Positions 1-9,616 of a stretch of DNA of 49,384 bases are shown piece after piece. Position 1 is the first letter of the stretch, and each line of letters starts with the position of its first letter. Below the pieces are notes generated by a model. The model searched no databases. It worked only from the letters and a program-made list of their open reading frames with translations, and was not told the DNA's origin. The translations under genes and the position numbers were made by a program. Source of the stretch: an uncultured Clostridia bacterium (GTDB lineage Bacteria > Bacillota > Clostridia > Oscillospirales > CAG-272); NCBI GenBank assembly GCA_947652805.1, contig CANTEM010000001.1, positions 1 through 49,384 on the forward strand. Reading direction: 5' to 3'.

Positions 1-51
1 GCTACAGTAATAGGTATTGCAGCCCTCTTCTAATAGCTAAGAGGTGGAAAA

Positions 52-378
52 ATGCTTGAAAAATATTTCTGGAAAAGAGAAGATAAAATTAAAAGAAATT
101 ATGATATAGATGATGTATTATTTGAAAAAATGAGATATGCAACAGATATATATGATGCGGGAATTGCAGATATATTTAACGCGTGTATTATGGAATTGAT
201 TCAAAATGAAGATGTTCGGTTATATGAAACAAAAGAATCAGATACATATGCTGCACATACATTTTACGTTTTAGAAAGCAATGTTGCAGGATTGGAAAAA
301 TTGAACACCAAATATGGAGTAAGCATACGGAAATTGGTGAACATAGCGATCCGGAACGTGTTTGAAAAGGAATTATGA
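52..378 (+). CDS. Small hypothetical protein with two ribbon-helix-helix-like (strand-helix-helix) segments, in an AT-rich segment
   Basis: 108-aa ORF with a GAGGTGG RBS 6-7 nt upstream. Two segments have a strand-helix-helix pattern (RNYDIDDVLFEKMRYATDIYDAGIADIFNACIMELIQN and HTFYVLESNVAGLEKLNTKYGVSIRKLVNIAIRNVF). Composition is very AT-rich compared with the rest of the window (nt 61-120 have 11 G/C of 60). No family was recognised with certainty. Confidence 0.4.
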   Translation: MLEKYFWKREDKIKRNYDIDDVLFEKMRYATDIYDAGIADIFNACIMELIQNEDVRLYETKESDTYAAHTFYVLESNVAGLEKLNTKYGVSIRKLVNIAIRNVFEKEL

Positions 379-480
379 TATATAGTAAAACTTACGTAAT
401 AAGTAAGTTTTATATAAATATAGCAGGAACTTCAACAGGCCCCCATGTGAGCCTGTTCAGTTCGTGCAGCCTGCAAAATG

Positions 481-512
481 AAAACTCCCTTCTCATTCGA
501 GAAGGGAGTTTT
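481..512. terminator. Bidirectional intrinsic terminator between the convergent small ORF and rny
   Basis: Perfect 14-bp stem AAAACTCCCTTCTC / GAGAAGGGAGTTTT with loop ATTC. A T-rich tract follows on the plus strand (TTATTCTTATTTT). A U-rich tract also follows on the minus strand, directly after the rny stop at 517-519. Confidence 0.75.
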
Positions 513-516
513 ATTC

Positions 517-2085
517 TTATTTTGCGTAATCAATTGCGCGGCTTTCCCGGACAATATGTACTTTAATCTGTCCCGGATATTCCAGCTCGTCCTCAATTTT
601 CTTTACAATTTCCCGTGCAACGAGGGGCATGCGGTCATCGGAAACAACTTCCGGTTTTACCATAATCCGGACTTCACGGCCTGCCTGAATTGCAAAGGAT
701 TTCTCCACACCTTCAAAGCTCTTCGCGATTTCTTCCAGCTTGGTAAGCCGTTTGATATAGTTTTCCAGATTCTCGCGCCGTGCGCCGGGGCGTGCGGCAG
801 AAATTGCGTCTGCTGCCTGTACGATCATTGCTACAAGGGTCTGGGGTTCCACATCGCCGTGGTGGGCTTCAATGGCATGGATCACGTCCTTGCCTTCCTT
901 ATACTTTCTTGCGATGTCCACACCAAGCTGTACGTGGGAGCCTTCCAGCTCTGCAGTGAGCGCCTTACCGATATCATGGAGCAGACCGGCACGCTTTGCA
1001 AGCATATTGTCTACCCCAAGCTCGTCCGCAATTACGCCGGAAAGCAGGGATACTTCAATCGAATGCTTGAGCACGTTCTGTCCGTAGCTGGTACGGTATT
1101 TCAATCGTCCCAGCAAACGGACCAGCTCGCCGTTCAGACCGTGGATACCGGTTTCAAAGGTAGCGGCATCGCCTGCCTTCTTGATTGCAACATCTACCTC
1201 ATGTTTTGCTTTTTCCACCATTTCTTCAATGCGGGTGGGGTGGATTCTGCCGTCGGTGATCAGCCGTTCCAGTGCGATCCGGGCTACCTCACGGCGAACA
1301 GGATCAAAGCTGGAAATGGTGATTGCTTCCGGCGTGTCGTCGATGATGAGATCCACACCGGTGAGGGTTTCAATGGTACGGATATTTCGACCTTCCCGGC
1401 CAATGATCCGTCCCTTCATATCTTCATTTGGTAGGGTTACAGTGGAAACAGTGATTTCTGCAACATGATCCGCGGCGCAGCGCTGGATCGCCTGGGCAAT
1501 GATGTTGCGGGCTTTGTCGTCCGCTTCATCCTTGAATTCCTGCTCCAGCTCCACCATTTTCTTGGCTTGTTCGTGGCGGACTTCCTCCACCATTTCTTCG
1601 ATCAGTTGATTTTTTGCCTGTTCGGCAGTCATACCGGAGATGCGTTGGAGGGTCATCCGGGCTTCTGTTTTCAGATTCTGTAAATCTTCAGCAGTACGCT
1701 CGTTTTCCTCAATTTTTTTGGACAGAGCTTCGTCCTTTTTTTCAAGGGCGTCTGTTTTCCGGTCAAGGGTTTCTTCTTTCGATTGAACGCGCCGTTCCTG
1801 ACGGGACAGTTCGCTGCGCCGTTCTTTGATTTCCTGTTCGAATTCGTTTTTCGCCCGAAGCATTTCTTCTTTTGCTTCAATCAGGGCTTCTTTTTTTGCT
1901 GCAGCGGCGTCAGCCTTTGCCTGGTTCATGCCATCGGCGATGATTTTTTTCGCCTGCAATTCAGCAGAACCGATCTGGGCTTCTGCGATTTTCTTCCGAT
2001 AGGCAACGCCGATCGGCAAGCCAACCACAATGCCGAGAACGGCAGCGACAACCGCGATAATTATGTAAGTTGCAACAGCGGGCAA
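517..2085 (-). CDS. rny: Ribonuclease Y (N-terminal TM helix, coiled coil, KH domain, HD domain)
   Basis: 522-aa ORF with an N-terminal hydrophobic anchor and a long Lys/Glu coiled coil. KH motif [10 protein letters not shown] and HD region LLHDIGK...HH are present. TTG start with a strong AAGGAGGTA RBS (2091-2099). Confidence 0.95.
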   Translation of the reverse strand: MPAVATYIIIAVVAAVLGIVVGLPIGVAYRKKIAEAQIGSAELQAKKIIADGMNQAKADAAAAKKEALIEAKEEMLRAKNEFEQEIKERRSELSRQERRVQSKEETLDRKTDALEKKDEALSKKIEENERTAEDLQNLKTEARMTLQRISGMTAEQAKNQLIEEMVEEVRHEQAKKMVELEQEFKDEADDKARNIIAQAIQRCAADHVAEITVSTVTLPNEDMKGRIIGREGRNIRTIETLTGVDLIIDDTPEAITISSFDPVRREVARIALERLITDGRIHPTRIEEMVEKAKHEVDVAIKKAGDAATFETGIHGLNGELVRLLGRLKYRTSYGQNVLKHSIEVSLLSGVIADELGVDNMLAKRAGLLHDIGKALTAELEGSHVQLGVDIARKYKEGKDVIHAIEAHHGDVEPQTLVAMIVQAADAISAARPGARRENLENYIKRLTKLEEIAKSFEGVEKSFAIQAGREVRIMVKPEVVSDDRMPLVAREIVKKIEDELEYPGQIKVHIVRESRAIDYAK

Positions 2086-2358
2086 TGCAATACCTCCTTT
2101 TCCAATGATGTTTATATCATTCCATAATCAAAATCATATGCATACTGCAAAAACGGTCCGATAGCCTGGCTTTATTGAATATATATGAAAGCCGGCAGGG
2201 CGCCGGAAATACGCATACATATAAATTATTATATACCCAAAAGCGCTGTCAGTCAAGGGATTTCCCGCTTTTTTACATGGGGCAGGAGGAAAAAAAGAGG
2301 AAAAATTTATAAATGGCGCAATGAAAAAGCCCCCGTGTGCAAAGTATATACTTTGTAA

Positions 2359-2510
2359 AAAGCCTCCCTTGTGTAAAGGGAGGTGGCTTGCCGTAAGGCA
2401 AGGCGGAGGGATTGTTATGCGATCATTTTGGATGATCTGCAAATCGGCAGTATTACTTAGACAATCCCTCACCCGCTTCGCGGGAGCTCCCTTTACACAA
2501 GGGAGGCTTT
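2359..2510. repeat. Nested-palindrome intergenic repeat, full copy 1 (between mnmE and rny)
   Basis: Outer arms AAAGCCTCCCTTGTGTAAAGGGAG (2359-2382) and the exact complement CTCCCTTTACACAAGGGAGGCTTT (about 2487-2510). Inner arms GAGGGATTGT (2406-2415) and ACAATCCCTC (2461-2470). Conserved 45-nt core at 2416-2460. Sub-hairpins CTTGCC-GTAA-GGCAAG and CCCGC-TTC-GCGGG. A degenerate solo arm lies at 2326-2344. Confidence 0.85.
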
Positions 2511-2553
2511 TAGATTAAAGTAACTCCCTCCTTTTATGTTTCTACAAACTCTA

Positions 2554-3942
2554 TTACTTACCTACGCAGAACCGGGAAAAAATTTCTGATACGATTTCCT
2601 CTGAAACCCCTCTACCGTCCAGCATGGACAGACTTGCCAGAGCCTCCTCCGCCAACGTACAGACCCCGTCTGTCGGCTCCCCTGCGTCCAGGGCGGCGGA
2701 CGCTGTTTCCAATAGGGATATGGCATCTTCCAAAGTAGCTTTGTGGCGGGCGTCCCAAATCAGGGGCGCGGAAGCATAGGAGCGATCCTGGGTTTCATAG
2801 TTCGCGGCGACAGCCTTTGCAAGTGCATCCATACCCGCGCCTGTTTTTGCCGACAGAATCACAGCCGCATCCGTCATGGCGCGAACCGTATCTATATCCA
2901 GCTTTGGAGTGGGAGATACATCCGCCTTATTGATCACAGCGATTTTTACCGCGTCCTGCCGCTGGTTCAGGCTCCGGAGCAGATCTTCCTCCTGGGCATA
3001 CAAAGAGCGAGATCCGTCCAAAACAATAAAAATCAGTTCTGCCTCCTCTATACTGCGCCAGGAGCGTTCCACGCCGATTTGTTCCACCAAATCGGCAGTT
3101 TCCCCTTCCTTCCGCAGTCCGGCAGTATCTGCAAGCCGCAGGGTGATTCCTCCAAAGTCCGCAGTATCCCAAAGGGTATCCCGGGTGGTGCCGGCAATGT
3201 CTGTTACAATTGCCCGATCCTGCCCCAAAATACGGTTATACAGGGAGCTTTTTCCGCAGTTTGGCGCGCCGCAGATGACTGTCTGCACCCCGTTTGCCAC
3301 TGCACTGCCGGTACGGTAGGTGGCAAGAAGGGCGCGCAATTCCTGTGTAACAGCCGAAAATCCGGTGGATAGTTCTCCAGTGCTCTGCTCGGCAAGATCC
3401 TCTTCCGGATAGTCAATGGTGGCGTAGAGGGATGCCAGCAGGGTGGTCAGCCGACTCCGCATAGCTTCTGTTTTGTCCCGCAGAGCGCCCTGCAAAGCGC
3501 CGGCGGCAAGCCGGCGGCGTGAGTCTGTGTCTGCGTCGATTAAAAGTCCCACAGCCTGCGCCTGATCCAAGGATAGTTTGCCGGATAAAAAGGCGCGCCG
3601 GGTAAACTCGCCCGGGAGGGCAGGACGTGCGCCGGCACGGAATACGGCTTCCAAAACGGCGGCAGTGACTGCTGTTCCGCCGTGGCAGCTGATTTCCGCG
3701 CACGCTTCTCCGGTGAAGGACGCACCGCCTGCAAAAAAGGTGACAAGGCAGGTATCTATCGTTTCTCCGCCGAGGAGGACAGAGCCGAGACAAGCCCGGC
3801 GGGGGTTTTCCACAGGATCCGGCCCGCAGGTGTGGAAACAGCCCTGAAGTACGGCGGGGGTATCATCTCCGCTGATGCGGATGACGGCGATTCCTCCTTT
3901 TCCGTAAGGGGTGGATATTGCAGCTATGGTATCATGCAGCAT
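2554..3942 (-). CDS. mnmE: tRNA modification GTPase MnmE (TrmE)
   Basis: 462 aa. N-terminal DTIAAISTPxGxGGIAVIRISG, G-domain GAPNCGKSSL and DTAG, C-terminal CVGK tetrapeptide typical of MnmE. Confidence 0.95.
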   Translation of the reverse strand: MLHDTIAAISTPYGKGGIAVIRISGDDTPAVLQGCFHTCGPDPVENPRRACLGSVLLGGETIDTCLVTFFAGGASFTGEACAEISCHGGTAVTAAVLEAVFRAGARPALPGEFTRRAFLSGKLSLDQAQAVGLLIDADTDSRRRLAAGALQGALRDKTEAMRSRLTTLLASLYATIDYPEEDLAEQSTGELSTGFSAVTQELRALLATYRTGSAVANGVQTVICGAPNCGKSSLYNRILGQDRAIVTDIAGTTRDTLWDTADFGGITLRLADTAGLRKEGETADLVEQIGVERSWRSIEEAELIFIVLDGSRSLYAQEEDLLRSLNQRQDAVKIAVINKADVSPTPKLDIDTVRAMTDAAVILSAKTGAGMDALAKAVAANYETQDRSYASAPLIWDARHKATLEDAISLLETASAALDAGEPTDGVCTLAEEALASLSMLDGRGVSEEIVSEIFSRFCVGK

Positions 3943-3981
3943 GATGATTGCTCCTTGATTCTATAAACAGTTTGCAGGGAC

Positions 3982-5580
3982 TTATACTTCTTTTTCCGCA
4001 TTCTGAAGATCCAGCATATATTCTACGGAATCTCGCAGGGCTTGCCAGCTTGCGCTGATGATGTCCGGTGAAACGCCTACGGTACGCCAGACTGCCACTC
4101 CGTCGGTAGATTCAATCACAACCCGTACCACGGCGGCAGTGGTACCGCCGCTGATCACCCGCACCTTAAAGTCGGTAAGATGCATCCGGTCAATGGCGGG
4201 ATAAAACCGTACCAGCGCCTGCCGCAGGGCAGTGTCCATGGCGTTTACAGGACCGTTTCCCTCTGCGGCGCGCAGTTCCTCTGCGCCGCCCACCGATACT
4301 TTGATCATTGCAGTAGAGCGCAGACTGTCGGCAGCTCCGCCCCCTTCATCGGTCATCACCTTAAAATGGGGAACCTTGAAATATTCCCGCCGCATGCCCA
4401 GGGCTTCCCGGATCACCAGCAGCAGAGACGCTTCCGCATCATCGTAGGAATAGCCGGCCTCCTCTTTCCTGCGCACCGCTTCCAGCGCGGCGGCAACCTG
4501 CGGGCTTTCCCGATCCAGGTGGGGAAGAATCCGCGCCATTTTTTCCACCATGGCGGAACGTCCCGACAGGGAACTGATGATCACATTGCGCAGATTCCCC
4601 ACAGACTCCGGAACAATATGTTCAAAGGAGCGGGGCGCTTTGATCACGCCGTCAATGTGGGTGCCCGCCTTATGGGTAAAGGCGTAGCCGCCTACAAAGG
4701 GTTCCCGCTCGTCAAAGGTTCGGTTGGCGGTCTCGTTGATCCGGCGCGCCGTGTCGGTGAGTCTGGACAGTCCTTCTCCGATGCAGTCGAACCCCAGCTT
4801 CAGCTGGAGCACGGGGATCAGGGTGTTCAGATTGGCGTTGCCGCACCGCTCTCCGATGCCGGAGATTGTGCCCTGGACATGGACGGCTCCGCTGAGGACT
4901 GCGCTAACGGAGCATGCTTCCGCCATGCCCATATCGTTGTGACAGTGAATGCCTACCTTGCAGTCCCGTCCCGTCTGCCGGGATACCTCCCCCGCGGCAG
5001 CCACTGCGGCGGCGGACGCCATGCCGATGATATCCGGCAGCATACCCCCGTTGGTATCGCAGAGAACCACCGTGTCCGCCCCTGCTTCCCATGCGGTGCG
5101 CAGAACGGACACAGCATAGTCCGCATCATCGGAATATCCGTCAAAAAAATGCTCCGCGTCGAAGATTACCCGCTTGCCGGCATCCCGCAGATAGGCAATG
5201 GAATCCCGGATCATGGAAAGATTTTCTTCCTTTGTGGTGCGCAGCACCTTTTCCACCTGATATCCCCAGCTTTTTCCGAAAATACAGGCTGTGGAAACAG
5301 GGGCGCTGGCAAGAAGCTTTAACAGCTCGCTGTCCTGTGCCCGTTCGTCTGCCCGGCGGGTTGCACCAAATACGGACAGGGAAGCATTTGTTAGATTCAG
5401 TGCTGCTGCCTGCCTCACCCATTCCAGGTCCCGCCGGCAGGTGAGCATTCCTGTTTCAATGCAGGATACCCCCAGCCGATCCAGTTCCCCAATAATTTTC
5501 AGTCTGTCCTCCCAGGTGAAGGTGACTGTAGCGCTTTGTTCTCCTTCTCGCAGGGTGGAATCATATATTTCCAGTTTCAT
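3982..5580 (-). CDS. cimA: (R)-citramalate synthase / 2-isopropylmalate synthase family, CimA-type
   Basis: 532 aa. N-terminus MKLEIYDSTLREGEQ and an HxH metal motif (GIHCHND). Length and C-terminal regulatory domain fit the CimA clade of the HMGL-like/IPMS family. Confidence 0.8.
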   Translation of the reverse strand: MKLEIYDSTLREGEQSATVTFTWEDRLKIIGELDRLGVSCIETGMLTCRRDLEWVRQAAALNLTNASLSVFGATRRADERAQDSELLKLLASAPVSTACIFGKSWGYQVEKVLRTTKEENLSMIRDSIAYLRDAGKRVIFDAEHFFDGYSDDADYAVSVLRTAWEAGADTVVLCDTNGGMLPDIIGMASAAAVAAAGEVSRQTGRDCKVGIHCHNDMGMAEACSVSAVLSGAVHVQGTISGIGERCGNANLNTLIPVLQLKLGFDCIGEGLSRLTDTARRINETANRTFDEREPFVGGYAFTHKAGTHIDGVIKAPRSFEHIVPESVGNLRNVIISSLSGRSAMVEKMARILPHLDRESPQVAAALEAVRRKEEAGYSYDDAEASLLLVIREALGMRREYFKVPHFKVMTDEGGGAADSLRSTAMIKVSVGGAEELRAAEGNGPVNAMDTALRQALVRFYPAIDRMHLTDFKVRVISGGTTAAVVRVVIESTDGVAVWRTVGVSPDIISASWQALRDSVEYMLDLQNAEKEV

Positions 5581-5586
5581 GGATGT

Positions 5587-7113
5587 TCAGCCTTCCTCTG
5601 TTTGGGCGGCAACGCATTTGTTTACCGCATTGATATATGCCTTGATACTTGCTTTGATAATATCTGTCGAAACGCCCCGCCCGGAAAAGGATGCGCCGCC
5701 GGCGGATATTTTCACCCGGGCTTCTCCAAGTGCATCTGTTCCCTCGGTGACGGCGCGGATGGAATAGCTTTCCAGCGTAATATCGTCCCGTCCGGCGATC
5801 CGGTCGATGGCGTTAAACGCCGCGTTAATCGGTCCATCTCCCGGAGCGGCTTCCGTAAATACCTGTTCTCCGTCCCGCAGGGACAAAAGCGCCATTGCTT
5901 TAATATGATTGCCGGATTGGATCTGAAAGGAATCCAGAAAGTATTTTCCGTGAAGTCCGTCCAGATATTCGTTTACAATTGCGCCGATATCCTCATCGGT
6001 GACGGCGGTTTTCTTGTCTGCAATTTCCTTGAACCGGTGGAACGCCGCGTCGATTCCTTTTTCATCCAGTGCGTAGCCAAGCTGCTCCAGCCGCTGGGTA
6101 AAGGCGTGCCTGCCGCTCAGTTTTCCCAGGATCAGGGTGTTTTTGTCCAGTCCAATGTCGGCGGGACGCATGATTTCATAGGTTTCTCGATTGGACAGCA
6201 CCCCATGCTGGTGAATCCCCGATTCATGGGAAAAAGCATTTTGTCCCACAATGGATTTTCCCGGAGGAACAGCAACGGCAGTGAGAGAAGCCGCCATCCG
6301 GCTGGTACGCACCAGCTCTCTGGTATGGATGTTTGTATGGGCATGTAAAATATCCCGGCGCACATGGAGCGCCATCACGATTTCTTCCAGGGCTGCGTTC
6401 CCGGCGCGCTCGCCTAAACCGTTTACGGTACATTCCACCCGGGCGGCGCCTGCGCCCACCGCCGCAAGACTGTTGGCAACGGCAAGTCCCAGATCGTCGT
6501 GACAGTGGATGCTGACGATTGCATCGGACAGGGCGGGAATCCGCGCATGGAGGCGGCGGATCAGATCGGAAAATTCCTCCGGCGTGGTATAGCCCACTGT
6601 GTCGGGAATGTTGATTATGTCTGCTCCGGCGGACAGCGCTGTTTCAATCATCCGGCAGAGAAAGTCAAAGTCGCTGCGGGTGGCGTCCTCCGGGGAAAAC
6701 TGGACGCAGGGGCAGGACTGTTTCGCATATGCCACGGTGTCCGCCACAGCAGAGAGGGCTTCTTCTTTCGTTATTTTTAATTTATATTGGAGATGGAGGG
6801 GGCTGGACGCAAGGAAAATATGTATGCAGGGCTTTTTTGCGTCTGCAAGAGCGGACAGTGCGGTGTCAATATCTGCGCGTACGGCGCGGCAAAGCGCCTG
6901 CACGGTGCAGTTTGCAACTGTGTGCGCCACAGCCTGTACAGCCTGAAAATCCCCCGGGGAGGAAGCAGGAAAGCCCGCTTCGATCACATCTACCCCCAGC
7001 CGTTCCAGCTGGCGGGCAAATTCCACCTTTTGCTGCACACCCAGGCGAACGCCCGGTGTTTGTTCTCCATCGCGCATGGAGGTGTCTGCTATTTGAATGA
7101 TTCTGTTCTCCAT
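5587..7113 (-). CDS. leuA: 2-isopropylmalate synthase
   Basis: 508 aa. IADTSMRDGEQTPGV, HCHDDLGLAVANSLAAV, and a C-terminal LeuA dimerisation/regulatory domain. Bacterial short-form LeuA. Confidence 0.9.
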   Translation of the reverse strand: MENRIIQIADTSMRDGEQTPGVRLGVQQKVEFARQLERLGVDVIEAGFPASSPGDFQAVQAVAHTVANCTVQALCRAVRADIDTALSALADAKKPCIHIFLASSPLHLQYKLKITKEEALSAVADTVAYAKQSCPCVQFSPEDATRSDFDFLCRMIETALSAGADIINIPDTVGYTTPEEFSDLIRRLHARIPALSDAIVSIHCHDDLGLAVANSLAAVGAGAARVECTVNGLGERAGNAALEEIVMALHVRRDILHAHTNIHTRELVRTSRMAASLTAVAVPPGKSIVGQNAFSHESGIHQHGVLSNRETYEIMRPADIGLDKNTLILGKLSGRHAFTQRLEQLGYALDEKGIDAAFHRFKEIADKKTAVTDEDIGAIVNEYLDGLHGKYFLDSFQIQSGNHIKAMALLSLRDGEQVFTEAAPGDGPINAAFNAIDRIAGRDDITLESYSIRAVTEGTDALGEARVKISAGGASFSGRGVSTDIIKASIKAYINAVNKCVAAQTEEG

Positions 7114-7147
7114 ATGCTCTCCTTATGATAAGGGGTTTGTGCATGCT

Positions 7148-7948
7148 TCACCGCGCACACACAACCCGGTCTCTGTTTTCTAAATCCTTCAGCACGGTAG
7201 GCTTCATACCTGCCCTACGGGCAATTTCGCAGACTTCGTCTGCCTGGTGCCAGCCGATTTCTACCGCTATGGCGCCGCCCGCACGCAGATACCGGGGATA
7301 CCGGTCAAAAATGCACCGGTAAAAGGTCAGCCCGTCTCCTCCGTCTGTCAGCGCCCGGGCAGGCTCCAGGGATACCTCCGGAGAAACGGACTCCATTTCC
7401 TCCGCGGTCACATAGGGGGGATTGGACACAATCCAGTCAAAACTGCCCTCCGGCTCCCATGTGCAGATATCTGCCTGAATCCGCGCAAGCCGATCCTGCA
7501 CGCCGTGGAGATTTGCGTTTTCCTCAGCGGCGGCAAGGGTGCCCGGATACAGCTCTACTGCTGTGCCCACTGCGTCCTTCCGCGCCAGCAGGGCGGACAC
7601 GGCGATGCACCCGCTGCCGGTGCATAAATCGGCAAACCGCCCCCCTGTAGGAAGGGAGCGGATCAGAAGGGAGCAAAGAAGCTCCGTATCGCTGCGGGGG
7701 ATGAGACATTCCGGAGACAGGCGGAAGGTATGCCCCATGAAATCCCATTGCCCCAGAATATATGCCAGCGGCTCCCGCTCGCACCGCCGCTGAACTGCCT
7801 GCTCCAGCGCCGGATTTTTGTAGTCCCCGCCGGTAAGGGCTGCCGCCCGGCTGATTTTTTCAAAATGTACGATCAGTTCCAGGGCGTCAAACCGGGGGCT
7901 GTCCACGCCTGCGGCGGACAGGCGCGCTGTAATTTCAGGCAGGGTCAT
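7148..7948 (-). CDS. prmC: Peptide chain release factor N5-glutamine methyltransferase (PrmC/HemK)
   Basis: 266 aa. SAM-binding DLCTGSGCIA and catalytic NPPY motif (VSNPPYV). Confidence 0.9.
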   Translation of the reverse strand: MTLPEITARLSAAGVDSPRFDALELIVHFEKISRAAALTGGDYKNPALEQAVQRRCEREPLAYILGQWDFMGHTFRLSPECLIPRSDTELLCSLLIRSLPTGGRFADLCTGSGCIAVSALLARKDAVGTAVELYPGTLAAAEENANLHGVQDRLARIQADICTWEPEGSFDWIVSNPPYVTAEEMESVSPEVSLEPARALTDGGDGLTFYRCIFDRYPRYLRAGGAIAVEIGWHQADEVCEIARRAGMKPTVLKDLENRDRVVCAR

Positions 7949-8936
7949 TGTCTGTATTTTCTCCGGATTCTTCTGTCAGAACCTCGGGAAATTCCTCCGG
8001 CATGGCGTTTTTCAGAGCGGTGATTGCAACCTCTAACTGAGACGCGTCCGGTTCTTTTGTGGTGATCCGCTGCATCCACAGTCCCGGTGCGGACAGAACC
8101 CGGGTGATGGGATTGGGATGTTTGCCGGCAAACATGAGAAATTCAAAGCCAATGCCCACGATGACCGGCAGCATCAGCAGCTTTGTGCCGATGATCGCCC
8201 ACTGGGGCCAGGTGTTCCAGTTGATAAAGCTGGTGACCAATATGGAAATGATCAGGATCACAAAGATAAAGCTTGTGCCGCAGCGGGGGTGGAACCGGGT
8301 ACATGTTGCCGCGTTTTCCGGAGTAAGCTCCAGTCCTGCTTCATAGCATGCCACAGATTTATGCTCCGCGCCGTGATATTCAAAGGTGCGCCGGATATCC
8401 TTCATCAGAGAAACCAGCAGCAGGTATACCATGAAAATGATAATACGGATCACACCGGAAATCAGATTCTGGACAAAGCTGGGCAGGGTGCCGCCCCCGG
8501 AGGTGACCAGCTTGTTCAGTCCCATGGTGGCAACATTGGGCAGAATCATAAACAGACCCACGCTGAGGATGATTCCCAGTACCATGCCGATGGTCATGAC
8601 CACGTTCATCAGCTTGTCGCCAAATTTTTTATCCAGCCATTTTTCAAACTTGGATTCCGGCTGGGTATCGTCGATTCCCAGCATCTGGGCGCTGTCATTT
8701 AAGGTGGTAAAGCTCAGCCGCATCATTTCCACCATGTTCACACAGCCCCGGATGAGGGGGATGTTCCAGAACTTGTTTTTCTTTCTTGCGGAAACGAAGG
8801 TGCTTTTTTTTAGTGCAATCGTTCCGTCCTCTTTGCGGACTGCAAGCGCCACACTGTCTCCGCTTTTCATCATAACGCCTTCCAGAACGGCTTGTCCGCC
8901 AACCTTGCCCAGACGGCAGTTTGTTTCTTTTTTCAA
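7935..8936 (-). CDS. DUF1385 family membrane protein (commonly found upstream of prmC)
   Basis: Signature GGQAVLEGVMMK, HGAEHK, several TM helices. The ORF track extends to 9032 and would overlap the nth 3' end by 82 nt. An in-frame TTG at 8934-8936, preceded by a GGAGC RBS (complement of 8942-8946), is the more likely start. Confidence 0.8.
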   Translation of the reverse strand: MKKETNCRLGKVGGQAVLEGVMMKSGDSVALAVRKEDGTIALKKSTFVSARKKNKFWNIPLIRGCVNMVEMMRLSFTTLNDSAQMLGIDDTQPESKFEKWLDKKFGDKLMNVVMTIGMVLGIILSVGLFMILPNVATMGLNKLVTSGGGTLPSFVQNLISGVIRIIIFMVYLLLVSLMKDIRRTFEYHGAEHKSVACYEAGLELTPENAATCTRFHPRCGTSFIFVILIISILVTSFINWNTWPQWAIIGTKLLMLPVIVGIGFEFLMFAGKHPNPITRVLSAPGLWMQRITTKEPDASQLEVAITALKNAMPEEFPEVLTEESGENTDNDPA

Positions 8937-8950
8937 TGTGTGCTCCTTTT

Positions 8951-9616
8951 TTATGTTTCTGTTTGATCGGATGTAGATTTGCAAAGCTGTCTCAGAGGAC
9001 AATCCCCGCATTTCGGGGATCGGGCGGTACATACGTCTCTGCCGAACAGAACCAATCGGTGGCAGAAGGCGCTTTGCTCTCCTGTTTCCACAAGCTCGGA
9101 CATGATCTTTTCCGTCAGCAGGGGATTTTTCCGGTCAGCCGGATAAAATCCCAGCCGCCCGCAAATGCGCATACAGTGGGTGTCCGCCACGATTCCCCCT
9201 TTGCCGTATACGTCTCCTAAAATCAGATTGGCGATTTTCCGCCCCACGCCGGGGAGAGACAGCAGTTCTTCCATGGTATCGGGTACCTGCCCGCCGTACT
9301 CCTCGCACAGGATCCGGGACGCGTCCCGGATGCTTTTCGCCTTTCCCCGGTACAGCCCGCAGGATTTGATCAGCCCCTCGATCTGTTCCAGAGGTGCGTC
9401 CGCCATAGCCTGGGGAGTGGGCAGCGCTGCGAACAAATCCTCGCTGACGATATTCACCCGCTCGTCTGTACATTGGGCGGAGAGCCGCGCCATAACCAGC
9501 AGCCGCCAGGGATCTTCGCCGGCGTTCAGAGAACACGCCGCATCCGGATACCACTGTCGGAGCAGCTTTGTGATTTCCGCCGCCCGGCGCCGGGCGGCCT
9601 GTTTTGATTCTTTCAT
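8951..9616 (-). CDS. nth: Endonuclease III (DNA glycosylase/AP lyase)
   Basis: 221 aa. HhH-GPD motif LLSLPGVGRKIANLILGD and C-terminal [4Fe-4S] ligand pattern CTARSPKCGDCPLRQLC. Confidence 0.9.
   Translation of the reverse strand: MKESKQAARRRAAEITKLLRQWYPDAACSLNAGEDPWRLLVMARLSAQCTDERVNIVSEDLFAALPTPQAMADAPLEQIEGLIKSCGLYRGKAKSIRDASRILCEEYGGQVPDTMEELLSLPGVGRKIANLILGDVYGKGGIVADTHCMRICGRLGFYPADRKNPLLTEKIMSELVETGEQSAFCHRLVLFGRDVCTARSPKCGDCPLRQLCKSTSDQTET

Noticed and set aside
2321-2518. Short ORFs spanning the repeat elements that share peptides such as PLCKGRW, ADLQIIQNDR and APFTQGRL (2321-2518, 2134-2472, 20396-20599, 28950-29144, 38252-38509, 38348-38602).
   Set aside because: The shared peptides simply reflect the shared DNA repeat. 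The reading frame and strand differ between copies. The variable sub-hairpins change the peptide freely while preserving base pairing. No RBS is present. A non-coding structured repeat explains them better.
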